This document shows, piece after piece, positions 13,011 through 28,421 of a stretch of DNA of 64,000 nt (positions within the stretch are counted from its first letter, which is position 1; every line of letters begins with the position of its first letter). Both the position numbers and the translations under genes were made by a program. Source of the DNA: the human T2T-CHM13v2.0 reference genome, Homo sapiens. The notes below the pieces were generated by a model, which did not search any database, was not told the origin of the DNA, and saw only the letters and a program-made list of their open reading frames with translations. Location of the stretch: assembly GCF_009914755.1 (NCBI RefSeq), contig NC_060927.1, one strand, 5' to 3'.

Positions 13011-13922
13011 AACAAGAGGACAATGCTGACCATCAGCAGTGCTAGTCTATGATGAAAAAGGGAACATAGGAAAAGAGACAAGTTTGAGTTTTGAGTATAA
13101 GGTGTAGCAAATGAGGTATATAATATTTAAGCCTGGAAATGGGTATACTTTTTTTTATTCCTAGGACTTTAGTTTGCAGGATTGAATCAAGTTAGCCTGG
13201 AGTGGAACTGGATTTGGGTTTTGCTTTTGTTATGGTTATTCTCTAACACCCAAGTGTCCAAACTCCTCTAAGTATTGCTTTGTGTTTAGGGGGCAGTTAG
13301 TTTGACACAAGGCTTTCTTAATACCTGCTCTGCCCTCAGCTTTAGATGTTTCCTATGCCCTTGTGTCTCAGAGAAGACGGCTTTCTCCCAGGCTCTTGAT
13401 CTTGTTCCAGCTGTGGACAACCACCTGTTACTGGACAGTTGCTAGCCTGATGGTAGAGGTAGGGGGCTGTATCCTGTCTTCCTGGTTCAGCCTCAGATGT
13501 AAGTGAATGTTGTGTCTCTGGACCATGATGTGGGGCTTTGTTAGTAATGCTGCCCACCTTTCCCATATTCAGGGAGATCTAATCATCTGGGCTTCAAATG
13601 TACTCCTGCCTCCTCCCCTGGGATTCAGTAGGACTTCACCTATTTGTTGACAAGTTTTGTTGCCGTTCCCTCAGTGGCTTAAGACTTTTGTTCCATAGGG
13701 AGACAGGGAAGAAGGACCTGGGTGGGCCTCATGCTTCCTACACAGGCTGGGTTCCCCTATCCCATGCCTGCACCAGGAGGGAGGCTTATTTCAGGCTCTT
13801 TCCCTGACTTCAATCTTTCTTATGAACAAATTGTGACATATCCATTCAAGGGGGCTGTGAATTCTCATGTGGCTTCCAGGGTTTCTGTAATTTCTTGCCA
13901 TCCCACGGTTGGCCTTTGCTGA

Positions 13923-14050
13923 TTTCTTTTTTTTTTCTTTTTTTAGAGATGAAGGGGGTCTCACTATGCTGCCCAGGCTGGCCTCAAACTCCTGGGTTCA
14001 AGTGATCCTCCTACCTCTGCCTCCTGAGTAGCTGGGACTACAGGTGCACA
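13923..14050 (-). mobile_element. FLAM (free left Alu monomer)
   Basis: T-tail + GGTCTCACTATGCTGCCCAGGCTGGCCTCAAACTCCTGGG...GCTGGGACTACAGGTG. Confidence 0.9.
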
Positions 14051-14477
14051 ACTGCTTGTTGAATTCTTAATGTCTTATTTGGCTTCCAGCATCTGCCATA
14101 GCTAAGTAAGTACTCAGATCCAATCACTTCTTGAATATGCCTGCCTTTCTTTAGATTTCAGATTAGTTGCAGCTTTCTGATACGTTCAAGAAAGGTTACG
14201 AATTGGTAGATTGTCTAGTGTTTTTGTTGTAGTAAATGTGGAAGGGACATTCTTTTTAGTTTTTTACAACTTAAATGGAAGCTCAAAATTGCTTTATAAA
14301 AACAAATATTTCATAGTAGTACAAGTACATGATATAGAGCACAAACTAGTGCCTAAGAATTTAGAACAAAAGGAAACCATCCATTGGGCCACCCCTTGTC
14401 ATTCACATGCTATAACTCACAGGGAATGATTGGTATTTATTTTATCTAGTTTTATTTCTTTTATTGCTTAATCAGTT

Positions 14478-14478
<1 letters not shown>

Positions 14479-14524
<46 letters not shown>
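14479..14524 (+). repeat. (TATC)n tetranucleotide microsatellite, about 11 units
   Basis: Uninterrupted TATC run seen directly. Confidence 0.97.
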
Positions 14525-14868
14525 CTTCACCCAGTCTACTGGAAGCTTAATTAGTTTTATTGCTGAATATGTGTGTGTATATATATATATGAGAGATAGC
14601 ATGAGAGCTATTTATTGATTGACCAATTTTAGACACTATTCATTGATTCCCTGATAAGAAGAAGAGGACTTAGCTCTAAAATACATTATATGACTGTATT
14701 ATGATACAATGTTCTATCTCCCTTCTCTAGAATATAATTACATTTTTATTTTTAGTTTCTACATTTGTAGAATATGTAAGCTTAACAATTATATTCTCAC
14801 CTCTCCATTATTTATCATTCTGTTTACCACAAATTGCATTTGATTTCCCTGTTTACATAAAAGGTCAT

Positions 14869-15279
14869 TGCTATGGTTTCGATATTTGATCCCTCCAAAT
14901 CTCCTCTTGAAATTTTACCCACAAGTGGGAGGTGTTGGGTCATAGGAATGGATCCCTCACTAATAGATTAATGCCTTCTCTGGAGAAGGGAGTGTGTGTG
15001 TTCTTGCTCTATTAGTTCCCTGGAAAGCTGGTTGTTAAAATGAGCCTGGAACCTACTCCCCGTCTCTTGCTTCCCCTCTCACCATGTGATCTGTGTACAC
15101 GTAGGCTTCCCTTCACCTTCTGCCATGAGTGGAAGCAGCCTGAGATCCTCACCAGAAGCAGATGCTGGCACCATGCTTCCTGGATAGCCTGCAGAACTGT
15201 GAGCCAAATAAACCTCTTTTCTTTATAAATTACCCAGCCTCAGATATTCCTTTATAGCAATACAAAATGTATTAAGATA
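14869..15279 (+). mobile_element. MSTB-type MaLR solo LTR with perfect 5-bp TSD GTCAT
   Basis: TGCTATGGTTT start; AATAAACCTCTTTTCTTTATAAATTACCCAGCCTCAG; GTCAT at 14864-14868 and 15280-15284. Confidence 0.93.
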
Positions 15280-15865
15280 GTCATGATCACTTCCATTATT
15301 TCTTTCTACTTTCCTCCAATCCCTTCTATTTGCTTAATTTATTATGTGTCCCTGCCCCAACTTGTAGTTTGTGTTCAGAAAGTTAATTAATACTTCCTTG
15401 CTTTACTGATAGCTTGAATCTAATCATTGCATATTGTAAATCTAGATTTAAAATGTAAGCCAATAAACAGTAATTGCATTGTTACAATGCTATAAATATT
15501 CACTACATAGCCTAGTAGTATACTATGATTATATTTTATTTCTTTTACAGGTTTTGGTATTTTCTGTTTTATATTTTTCTTCAATTTTTTTTCTTCTATC
15601 AACTGCCTTTAATGTATTCTTATGGTTTTGCAATGTCTCATGGGTAATGTCAAGTTAATGAATGCCTTTCTCCTGGAGTTATTGATTCTTTTGATTTACT
15701 GCTTGATTTCTAGGCCTGTTGCTCATTGTCATCCTGAATTTCCATTTTTACTCTTCTGGGTTGAAACCAATCTTGCCTGGATTCTACCTTTTCCTCTTTC
15801 ATGATTTATTCTCCCATTTTGCTAGAACACATACTCAAATAATACCCCAAGTGTTTGGGTTGAGG

Positions 15866-16646
<781 letters not shown>

Positions 16647-16721
16647 GAGGAAGGAAATGGGATCCTATATGCCTAAAAATATTTTTTTCTACTTTTGTTG
16701 GATAGTTTTTCAAGGTACAGA

Positions 16722-17059
16722 TTTTATTTATTATTATTATTATTACTATTATTATTATTATTATTATTATTATTTTGAGACAGAGTCTTGCTCTGTTGCC
16801 TAGGCTGGAGTACAGTGGCGCTATCTTGGCTCACTTCAACATCCACCTCCTGGGTTCAAGTGATTCTCATACCTCAGCCTTCTGAGTAGCTGAGAGTACA
16901 GGTGCGTGCCACCAAGCCTAGCTAATTTTTTGTATTTTTAGTAGAGACGGGGTTTTGTCATGGTGACCTTGGCTGGTCTTGAACACCTGGCCTCAAGTGA
17001 TCTGCTTGCCTTAGCCTCCAAAGTGCTGGGATTACAGGCATAAGCCACTGCACCTGGCC
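16722..17059 (-). mobile_element. Older Alu (AluJ/S) whose tail has become a (TTA)n microsatellite
   Basis: Dimer at 16776-17059, (TTA)n at about 16722-16775. Confidence 0.95.
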
Positions 17060-18147
17060 AGGGTACAGAATTTCAGATTTAAAATAATTTTCCAGTTGAA
17101 TATTGAAGGCACTGTTTATGTCTTCCAGTAATGTTGATAAGGACTGTCATGACAGAATGAAACATGCTCCTTAAAAGCAATGTATTTTTTATTCCTTCAC
17201 ACTATTGAGATTTTCCTCTTACCTGTGCTATTCTTACGTTTCACAGCCATGTGTCTAGTTAGGCTCCTTTTTGTTCATTGTGGTGGGCATTTGTGAGCTC
17301 TTTTTTTTTTATCTTCACATTTTCCAGTCCTCTGGTGAATTATCTTAAGCTTTGGCAATTATTTTTAATTTGCAAGATTTCCTTCTTATTCCCTGACTGT
17401 TCCTTCTCAGTCATACTCTGTTCTTGTTTTGTGATTGCAATAGCCTCATGGATCTCCTTGATAGCAATAATGGAGATTGTCTAAGCTTCTTCTTTTTTTG
17501 TTTTTGTATTATCCCAGTTTCCTCTATTTATCTTGGTTTTTCCTTTCAGGTTGCAAGTTTTCATCTAATGTCTAAAGTTTCATTGTTTATTTCTACTTAA
17601 AGATGAGGCAGTTAAACAGCCAATGGGATAGCACACTCGCTGATTGGCAGACTTTCGTATGAACTGAGTAAAGAGCCAAACTCCTGCTGTGCAATTCCTA
17701 AATACCAGAAAGCAGAAGTATTTACTCCAAGACATCAACATCCATATTGATGGACCTACTTCTCAGATTTTCTAAGAGTAATATTCCAGTTCCTACAAGT
17801 AAAATGAATCCCTTACTAAATAGACTTTCTCGTGCAGGGTTGAAGGTAGGGTAGTTTGGCTCACTTTCTTTTTGGCCTCTGATTCTTATTTCTGTGATCT
17901 TCTAACTACCAATTCTGAGTTTCCAAATTATCCAGCATTTTACAGATTAATCTTGAACAAGTTAACCTATTATTGGGTATCTAATTGCCTTTCTGTGAAA
18001 TGGTGATAAAATACTACCTACTTAATTGATAAATAAATTAAATAAATTAATGCATATGAAATGCTTAGCAAAGTGTTTTAAATGAGTAAATGCTTGACAA
18101 ATTTTATTATTAAGATTAACCAAGATATTTTATCTGTCCCTAGGGAT

Positions 18148-18523
18148 TGCATTCGTCCATTTTAACACTGCTGTAAAGAACTAACTGAGACTGGGTAATT
18201 CATGAAGAAAAGAGGTTTAATTGACTGACAGTCGCACAGGTTTAACAGGAAGCATGACTGGGAGGCCTCAGGAAACTTACAATCATGGCAGAAGGTGAAA
18301 GGGAATCAAGGACCTTTTCCAAATGGTGGTAGGAGAGAGAGAGAGACGGGGGAAGTGCCACACACTTTTAATCCATCAGATCTCATGAGAACTTGCTCAC
18401 TATCATGAGAGCAGCAAGGGGAAATACACCCCCATGATCCAATCACCTCCTACCAGATCCCTCTCTCAACACTGGGGATTACAACTTGAGATTTGGTTGG
18501 GGACACAGAGCCAAACCATATCA
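18148..18523 (-). mobile_element. THE1/MSTA-type MaLR solo LTR
   Basis: GAGACTGGGTAATT...GGAGGCCTCAGGAAACTTACAATCATGGCAGAAGG...GGGGACACAGAGCCAAACCATATCA. Confidence 0.93.
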
Positions 18524-18589
18524 AAAATATTAAGTAGGAAAGAGAGAACATGTAAATTAATATTGACATTAAAATATAATAGACATTAG

Positions 18590-18850
18590 GAACATTAGAA
18601 AAGTTGAGTTAATTAGGAAGTAATATCAACATTGTAGATAGCCCAAATATGCCAACAGTTAAACATAAATAGATAAAATATTACAGTTAAAAGATAGATT
18701 GTCCAACTTACTGAAATGGGAACTCAGGTATATATGCTTATAACAGAAAATCTTAAATATAAAGACACCAAAAAGTTACAAATAAATGCAAAAAAGCATA
18801 CCATGAAAACACTAATACAAAGAAAGTTCGTGGGATTACACAAGAGGATT
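18590..18850 (+). mobile_element. Old L1M fragment (start of ORF2 region)
   Basis: A-rich AAATATAAAGACACC...CATACCATGAAAACACTAATACAAAGAAAG resembles the L1 endonuclease-coding region. Confidence 0.55.
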
Positions 18851-21234
18851 TTTTTTTCTCATATAATTTTACAAAGGTGAATGCTAAGGAGCTACTAGAA
18901 TGGTTCTGCTGCCATACCCCCTGTTCCAAATTGGATTTTCCAGGCATTGCCACTTCCAAGCCATGGCAAAGGAGAAGAAAGAGTATGAGATGTGCACACC
19001 CAGTATTTCTAATTCAAGGGTAAGAATTGGACTGATTACTTCAGCTCACATCTCACTGGCCACAACTAAATCTCATGGCCACAGGTAATTGCTAGAAAGG
19101 CCACAGAATATAATCACTCTCTCAACAGCCATGGGCCAGGCTGAACTTGTGGTGCAGGGCAGTTTTTTATTTGGTTATTGTTGTTGTTGTTTTTTTTAGT
19201 GAAAGAAGCCTTTTTAAAAAATACAGGAAGATAGAGAATGACATATTTTATAGGAGAAGAATTTGGGTGTGAAAGAAGTGTGTTATCAACAAATTTATCC
19301 ACAGTCACATTGCTAATAGTTGGAAGGCCTCACATCCTTGGCTGTTCGATCCCAGAGCCCCTGCTCTTCAGCAGTTTGTTATATGGTCCCCAAAACTCCT
19401 TTCCATACCCACAGAAGCCTGGAGTATATTCATCTCTCACTGGGTTTGGGAGCAGCCTTAAAAGGCCAGGAGAAAAACAGAGCAGCAGGAAAGCCCACCA
19501 GCCTATGAAAGGGCCACCATATATCACTGGCCACCAAGTACAATGCAGATAGTCACATTCTGAAAGGCCATAGGCATCCCACATGGATTGCAAGTTGGAC
19601 AACACTCTTTTGCAGAATGCAAATCCAGAGCAGAGAGTAATGTGCATACTAAACTTTCCATTTGTTAACAAGGTGGGCAGGATTGTGGAGAAAGTCAGCC
19701 AGGAGTCCAATAGGAAATTTTCATTTCTTATTAACACACCAAATTTTGCTAAAATTCTATATATTTTTCATAAAGATTTTCAAAAGATCATTTTGAAAAT
19801 GTGGGGGAAAAGAATCTGTTCAACCAGAAAAAGTAGGTAGAATGCACCCAAGGGTAGAGATAGCCCCCAAGTTAAAAAAAAACCCAGAAACCACAAATCC
19901 ATAGTAACTAGCAAAAGTAAAGGAAAGAGGCAGGAGAAGAGAAAGGAAAAAAAAGAGGGGGAGAGAAGGCAGAAAGTGAGCAAATTCCTGATTTTAAATT
20001 ATCTTGACTTGGTGTGCCTTATTAGTTTCCATCTAGAGTTTTGTCATAGGGATGTTTTTATTTCAGCTCTCTAAAAATGTCCCTAGGCCTGAAAAGACCC
20101 CACAGTTCATTTTTGGTTGCCAGGGAAACTGCCTGGATTTGCATCGACTTTCGCTGATTCCTGAGGGCAATCCTTGACAGATGTGAGGGCCCAAAAGGGT
20201 ACCGGCCTCCAAAGCCTACCTCCTTGACAGCATCAGCCCTCATTCCATTTCCAGGTGCAGTTGACTTGCCTCTTATATCCTCTAAATTCTGAGCTGTCCC
20301 TGAGGGGGAACAGACCCACAGTCTGCTTTTATGGTGTGTTAATTTTAGTAATACAAGGGCCTTACTTGCACACTAAAGAATCTTGTGTCACCTTTTTTAT
20401 TTTTTATTTTTGGTTGGATTTATTTTGTACTTCATAAGTCGTATCAATACAAACTTATAACTGGGAGATAATCTGACAGAATAAAATTAGGGTGATGATT
20501 GGAGTGGTAATTATTTTTTCTTGCTCTATGGCCTCTAGGAATGACATATCTGTATTCATTATTTTTCCTATATTTATTTTAATCGTTTTCAAGCTAGTTC
20601 TTAAAATTAGCCACAAAATACAATACATTAACTTAAGAGGAAATGAAGAAATGATGAAGTGACTAAATGCAGATGGAAATGGTTACTGATCTGCAGGTTT
20701 AGTTGATTAAAAACAAAGCCAATATCCACTAAGGCCCTCTTGGGGAAAAAAATCAAAACTCTGATGGTACATACTAAGATTTAAATTCTACTTAAGTTCT
20801 CCAGATGGTGGTTTTGAAGGAACAAAGAAGAGACAGCGGAACATTCTCTTTCTTTTAGTCTGTTCTATAAATTCCAAGATAGAAAATGTTAAAAATATAT
20901 TGAATTAAATCAGGTAAAGGCAATGTGGCTCCCAATATTTTACCTCTTCAGGGAGTCAATTTCCTCATCTGTGAAAGATGGAAGACAGATTGACTTTCCA
21001 AGCCTTTTTTCTCTGAAATACTATGATTTTACTCAGTTATTAGAGAAAATGGCATTCTGGAAGCCATCATTAGATCCAAACATGGTTGCTATCCTTTGCT
21101 CTGAAACATAACATAGGGAACATGTGTTAATTTTGCTGCTGATCATCTACTAAACCTTCTTCTTTGAACCATACCCTTTTACACTGTAGGGGACCATCCC
21201 GTTGTAATTCACATTCAAGCTGCTTCTGGTGGAT

Positions 21235-21635
21235 CTTCCTGGACCTCCGCTATGGCCTGGAGTGAGATGTAGCTCAGTACAACCAGTCAGAACATCACAG
21301 GTTTCTCCCTACGGTAATTGGTTCAGAAAAGGTCACGTGATCTAATCACAGTGAATAAGAAGCATAGAAAATTTCACAGGTAGTGCTTTTAGGAGCCATA
21401 ACATAGCTTCCCTTTTCATTATAAGGAAAGATCCTAGAGCTGCATGGGCCTTCATATAGAAAATGAGAATAGAACATGGAGAGATGACTTGTTTGGGGCT
21501 CTGATTCCACATGTGTGGAGTGAGTTCTACCCTAGAACTTTCTGGTTATATGAACCAACAAATTCCCTTTGGGTTTAAACCAAGTTGGGTCAATTTTCAA
21601 ATTATTGCATCAGAAAGAATCTTGGATGATGTATA
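21235..21635 (+). mobile_element. Old MLT1 (J/K-like) LTR
   Basis: GATTGGTTCAG-like motif, then ATGAACCAACAAATTCCCTTT...GAAAGAATCTT 3' end. Confidence 0.55.
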
Positions 21636-23623
21636 TAGAACGCATCAAACTAAGCAATATATTTGATGTTCAAAAGTTTAGTAGAAATCCATTCAGTACA
21701 AGTATGCCAAGGGAATGCTTAGTTTGATGTATTTGGAAATGAAGCTGAACACAGTTGAAGGCAGAGTTCCCTCCTAGATATTCTTTTTCTCAGTCACTTC
21801 CCTGTGAAAATATAATTATTGACGTAGCTAGATGCTTAGCCCATTCTTGTCTTAGTTTCTGTGATGAATCAAGCTTCTCCATGTAGAAACCGAAGGCCCC
21901 CCATTGATATGCCAAGCTTCATATCCTGGTGACAATAACCCAGTTGTCACTTTTAAATGTGACCACTAGAAAGAACCTAAGGGATCACCAAATCCTTGTT
22001 CTCAGACTTTAATTTAGGGAATCTTAAACCCAAAAACATTAAGGGACTTCCTCAGGAACACACAACTAGAAAGGACCAAGGTCTGGACTAGAACTTGGTC
22101 CTTTGGCTGCCTAATCAGTAAAGCACATCCTGATAAGCAGTTCATAGGATTCCAGGATCAGTTTGTTCGTAAGTCAGCTTTGCCACTTTTCTGTACTCAT
22201 CAAGTGTTAGTGCTGATTTCAACGGGCAAGAGAAGTTCAAAATGTCAAAAATAACTCTAAATAATTTCAAGTGAATATCTTACCACGAATGCTGATCTTA
22301 ACTCTTCAGTCTCTAAATATTAAATCATAATAGCAATATGCTTATTTTAATTTATTTAAGATTTAGTTTTTTTATTTGTGAATTAGCATAATAGTACATT
22401 TCTCCTCGGACTGTTTTGAAAACAATGAGTTAATACAAGTCAGCTGCTTAGCACAGATCTTATACAAAATCAGCACTTCAATACAATGATCACCAATATT
22501 ACTACTATTTCTGATGCTGTTATTACACTGCAACCAAATTTAAGAAATGCCCTTAAATACACAATAATGCTTGGATACATATTCTTTACTTTAAAATAAC
22601 TAAAATATGTTTTTGCTTCAAGTCAGTTCAGCTAGTTAAACTCCTGATCAGAATGCCCTTAAGTAAATGTAAAGATGCTCAAAACATTTGTTGAATTGTA
22701 TCGTTTCGTTAGTCAGGAAGCTTGATTTAACCACCTGTGTGAATTAACTTACTACGCTAATCTAACCCCCTTTTCTTAGAGTTGCATGAAAAAAAAATTG
22801 GGATTTGCACAGAATTTCTGTATCTTTACCATTCAAAAAGTTTATTCTATTGACTTTTTTTAATAAAAATATTTTCTTATACACTTTCTAGTCACTAAGC
22901 AAAGAAAATAAATAAAACTGAAATCATTTCCTAATGAGCTTGAAAGAAGTACGTGTCTAAAAAACCTCAGAGTCCCAGTATCAATGCAATCAATGCAGAG
23001 TCCCAAGTATCAATGCAAAACACTTCTGGTGATAAAAACACTCAGTTATTTTTGAAAAACAAGAGGATTGTACAACTTAATTCAAATAGGTAGAATGCAT
23101 TCAGTCAACAGGTCAAGTGCAATATTCTTGGCTGTTAGACACTATAAAGCATCAGAATAGTCCCTCTTGACTCAGGTAGGAAGAATGAGTTAGCAAATAG
23201 GACATTCTCTTCAGCGTAAGAACAATAGATAATGTCTTTACTTGTGTCCTCGAGAGAGTATCCCAACACACCACGCAATGTTCACTTACTATTAGTTTAG
23301 CCAGCTCTTACAATGTGACCTTGGCAGGAAGAGTCTTAGTTCTTAACCAATGAAAGTGTCTTTGGAAAAACCAACTGTAATGTGTTTTCCTCTGTATTCT
23401 GAAGGGAAAGAAGAGAAAACTATTCTCTGAAAGGAAATGGAGCCCAGATCTGGAGTAATGCAAAACCCCAGAGACATATCCAAGATGGTAATGTTCTGGT
23501 AATGAGAATTCAGTGGCTTGGTCCTTTGGTTTCTGAGACTCGAAATTATGATATTTCCTCTACCCTTGATTGAAAAATAATGCAGAAGTTTCCTCTACCC
23601 TTGATTGGAAAACTCAAAAAGTT

Positions 23624-23968
<345 letters not shown>

Positions 23969-24254
23969 TTATTTGGGAATATGTTCTTAAACTAATTTTT
24001 CCCAGGTTTACAAAATCATGACAAGTAGTCATAAGGTATTTGTTTGTTTGTTTTGCTTGCATTTAAATTATCATAAGAATTCTACAACATGGTTTTTAAT
24101 GGCTTGTCACCAACCCCACTGCTATCGTATTGATTTAAAGCACCATCATCTTTCACCTGGAAGATGGCAAAGCCATAATCATGAGGTTATATATATATAT
24201 CATATATATATATGTATAGATATCACACAGACACAGACATACGTACATATATGT

Positions 24255-24545
24255 ATACTTAAAATAAATAAAACTTCAGTGAACCTCTGTGAACATAAGA
24301 TTTTGCCCACATTTTAAATTACTTCCTTGTGATCAATTCCCAGAAGTGAAATTGCTGTGTTAAAACCAATTTACAATTCCACATCAATATATGCCAGACA
24401 ATATTTGCAATATTTGCTTCTTCACACCCCTTCTGACATTGGATATAATCATTCTTCTTGCCTATCTGATAGGTTAAAAAAGTGGTATCTTACTGTACTT
24501 TTAATTTGCATATTTTTGCAAGTCCCATTGCTTTTTGGAAAATGT
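24255..24545 (-). mobile_element. L1ME fragment
   Basis: AATTCCCAGAAGTGAAATTGCTG...AAAAGTGGTATCTTACTGTACTTTTAATTTGCAT. Confidence 0.65.
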
Positions 24546-26069
24546 TTGCTGTAGGACTATTTTATATAGTTCTCTAACATGGATGGGAAGAAGTGATTAC
24601 TAAAAGAGCCACACTGACTGAATTTGGTCCTCTTTTGGTCTCTAATCAGTTGTAATCAAAATATGACTATAGCAAACTGTCCTACTGGGAGATGATGGTG
24701 TGCATTGATGATTGCTAATGTCATGTTTGCAAAGGGCAGCATCCCGTCTTGGTTACATACCCAACTGAATGTAAAAATCTTTTAGCAAGCTACCCGAAGA
24801 TGGAGCAGTTCCAGAGGAAGTTTCTACTTTGGACCTGGTTAGAGTTTTTCAGCACCCCCAGTATTGGGTCATCTGCTTTTTATCTCAGAAAGCTGCTTAG
24901 AACCCTTGTTACCTGTGAAATGCTCCATCATTCAATATTAACAAGCAAACAAAGAGATCAGCATTCCAAGGCATTATATGCTTTTCTCGTCTTCCTTTCT
25001 ACTCTTTTTTGAATCCAAAGTAAATACAGGCAGACAAAATGAGAATTGTTAAACCAACTTTAAAGAAGTCTCTATGCTTTTTGTAAACTTTGACTCAAAT
25101 TGAGTGTACATGGATAGCTAAGACATCAGCTTGGGGTTTTGAAATTCAAGCCCACCACATAGACCAATCTCATTCTATAAGAATCAATACCTCCAGGCAT
25201 TATGACTAGATAGTGGATCCCCCGACATGCTATTCATGCCTAACACAGCCCTCATTGGCCCCAGTGTGTGTTTTCAATGAATCACATCAGAATTCTGGCT
25301 GCAGAAACCCAGGGCTGATACTCATTTTGGGAAACCAAATTTCTCTTTCCAGTTTAAAAATTTATTAGCAAAAGAATATCATCAAAGGCACTACTGCTAT
25401 GATATCTACTAGCTTAAGGAATGTGTAAGAGAGAAATTTTTCTTTAATGTTTTCTCAGAATTTCTCCCCTTTATGAATTTGCCCGAAAAGGTATGCTAAA
25501 TTCAAAAGTTTTCTTTTAAAGAAACTTATTTTACCTTCCTTATGTTGTGAGCTTTAAAAATAGACCCTTAATTAATTTTAAAATAGACCCTTTTAATTTT
25601 CAGATATTTGTTGAAGTACTGGTTCTCACTTGAGGCAAAGGGATAAAATCTCTTCTTTCAATTTCTAGATTAGCTAAATTTTGAGTTTGGGTCTCATCAA
25701 AGCGATCTGCATAGAAACAGAGAAGTGTCTCTGTTCTCTGTGCCAAACCCATTGTGCTTCACCGCGGTCAAAGCTCATGAGAATCACAGGTCCCAAAGGA
25801 ATGCCACACCATTGCTGAACTATGTTCCTTCTGCATTTAAAATGACATTTAAATAAAACTTGCAGCTGTTTAAAATTTGACTAGGAAGATTTCCTACAGA
25901 CATTTTTTTCAGACCTCTGAGACACTTAAAATGTGAGGTCCAGATTGAAGTTTCAGGGGAAAAGAGATCAAACCACATGAACCTCAACATTTGCCTGGAA
26001 GAGAGAAATGGTCAGCATGTAACTGCAACATGGACCTTAGATCAATGAGCATTCATGGCTTTGAGCACT

Positions 26070-26380
26070 TTGCTTTATTCCTCGATTCCTTCATTAAATG
26101 AATACTTGCTTTGATACATACAATGTTTCAGGTATGGACCTAGGTGCCCAGGAGAACATGGCTAATATACTACTGAGGGAGATGCCCAAAATGGAAATAA
26201 GCAGAACACTTTAAAATTAGCATTTCATGGAAGAGATATGGAAGGAAATGAAGACAGTGTCTTGATGGAGAATAGCCAAGATGGATGCACTTTAATCACA
26301 GCGGTCAGAGAGGGCTTCTGGGAACAAGAGGTATTTGAGAAGAGGTCTTAAGAATGAGAGGGTGGTGATCATTCAAATTG
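26070..26380 (-). mobile_element. L2 fragment
   Basis: TTCATTAAATGAATACTTG...GGTCAGAGAGGGCTTC...ATTTGAGAAGAGGTCTTAAGAATGAG. Confidence 0.65.
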
Positions 26381-27417
26381 CTTTTTATTCATAGTTGCAT
26401 AACAACTCAGAACCTCCAGGACTTACTTGAGAGGGTCAATATTCTCCCTTGTCTAAATGGGACATGCTGCTGTTCAGTTTCCTTGGTAACTTTAGAGGAC
26501 CAGATGTTCCCTGTCACCGGCCATTCTAAGGGATTGGAAGGCAATCATGGGCAAAGGGTTAATAAAACCCTTTCCTACTCTGCATAAGAATTTAACCTTT
26601 TGGTTAATTCTGGAGCTCTGTTCCCCTGGTAACCTGATAAGGATAATATGTCAACTGTTGCTAGGCAACATTGCTAAGGATAAAATGACTTCACATTGGA
26701 AGATTACATTTAGACAGGGAGAACTACATATATCTAATAGGAAGCCATAGCTATGGGCTTCCCTGAGTGCAGTGAGTGCTCTTGTAACCGGGCATATGCC
26801 TTGCATGCACCCTAAGAACTCTGCCTATGTTGTTGTTACAAGAGCTATTTGCTCCTGTGGGGCCAGGGCTGCTCATACACCTGCCTGATATGGATCTGGT
26901 TCCCCTAGCACTTGAACTGTCACCTCGAGGGAGATGCTCTGATGACCATTATACTTGTTCCAGGGGCTGCTGCAAGGATTTCCACAGAATGCCTGCTGCT
27001 GCCCTCCTGGGAACTGTACATTCTGAATCTCAACCTTTTTAGCAGACTGAAGTCACATGTGACCTATGATGGATTTTTGAGTCTGAATGTGTGCTCGAAC
27101 CTAAGAAAACCCCTGGCAGGCTCTACAGAGCAATGCATAGTGCAAGTGGGAGCCTTAGAGCATTGAGAGGTTTTGGTGCAAAAGCCGAATACAGTGTGAT
27201 GGCCCCGAGTTAAGAGGAAAGTAACAAAATCAGTCACCACCTAAAACTTACTTCCTCTTCCTGGTGTCTTCACAGCCTTCTTTTCTCATTGATTCCATCA
27301 GCCATTTGGTGCAACTGACTTAGAAGACATTGAAATATTGCTGTAATCTGTTTAGGTCTGTCATTCCTAGTCTCTTCAATTTCATAGCACAATGATCATT
27401 AAAAAATATTGAGGGAG

Positions 27418-27829
<412 letters not shown>

Positions 27830-28421
27830 CTATCTACTCTCAATGTCATTTCAAAAAAGGAAAAAAAAAGGAAATCTCAATACAAACATAGGAAGGAGAT
27901 AATTCTTAGGTTGAGTAAATTTAGCTTTATAAATTTAAATTTTGTCTCCTCATACAAGGAGACACAATCCACATTGGGCAGATATAGAAAAAGCCCTGCC
28001 TTTAAGTCTTCAGCCATATTATTATTATTATTATTTCCTTTTTGTTGGTAATATTTAGGGGAAACCCCATCACAGACCAACACTAACCTATGGCCTAGAT
28101 TTTGGGAACCTCTGGATCAGATGTCTTCAAAGTTGCTTTCCAGCTCTGAAATTTTTTGATTCAAATCCTGTTCACTCTACAAAGTTCATTTCCATCACTG
28201 AACTTTCTGCAATGTTGCCAACTGACGCTCGTCTCTGAATTATTTATATAAATGCAATCAATACTGCACGAATTTGACATTTCTTAAATTCTATCTTATT
28301 AACTAAAATCTCCTCTGTGATCAGCCTCTCAATTCAATAAGATGACATGCTTTTTAAGAGAAATAAACAATACTCTCCCCATTATTTTACTGTAGTACTC
28401 ACCTAGAGAAGTCCTAGGCTA

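Larger units (their letters stand above)
13150..15830 (-). mobile_element. Very old L1M fragments hosting a FLAM, a (TATC)n and an MSTB insertion
   Basis: T-rich, L1M-like composition and phrases; not aligned, boundaries uncertain. Confidence 0.35.
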
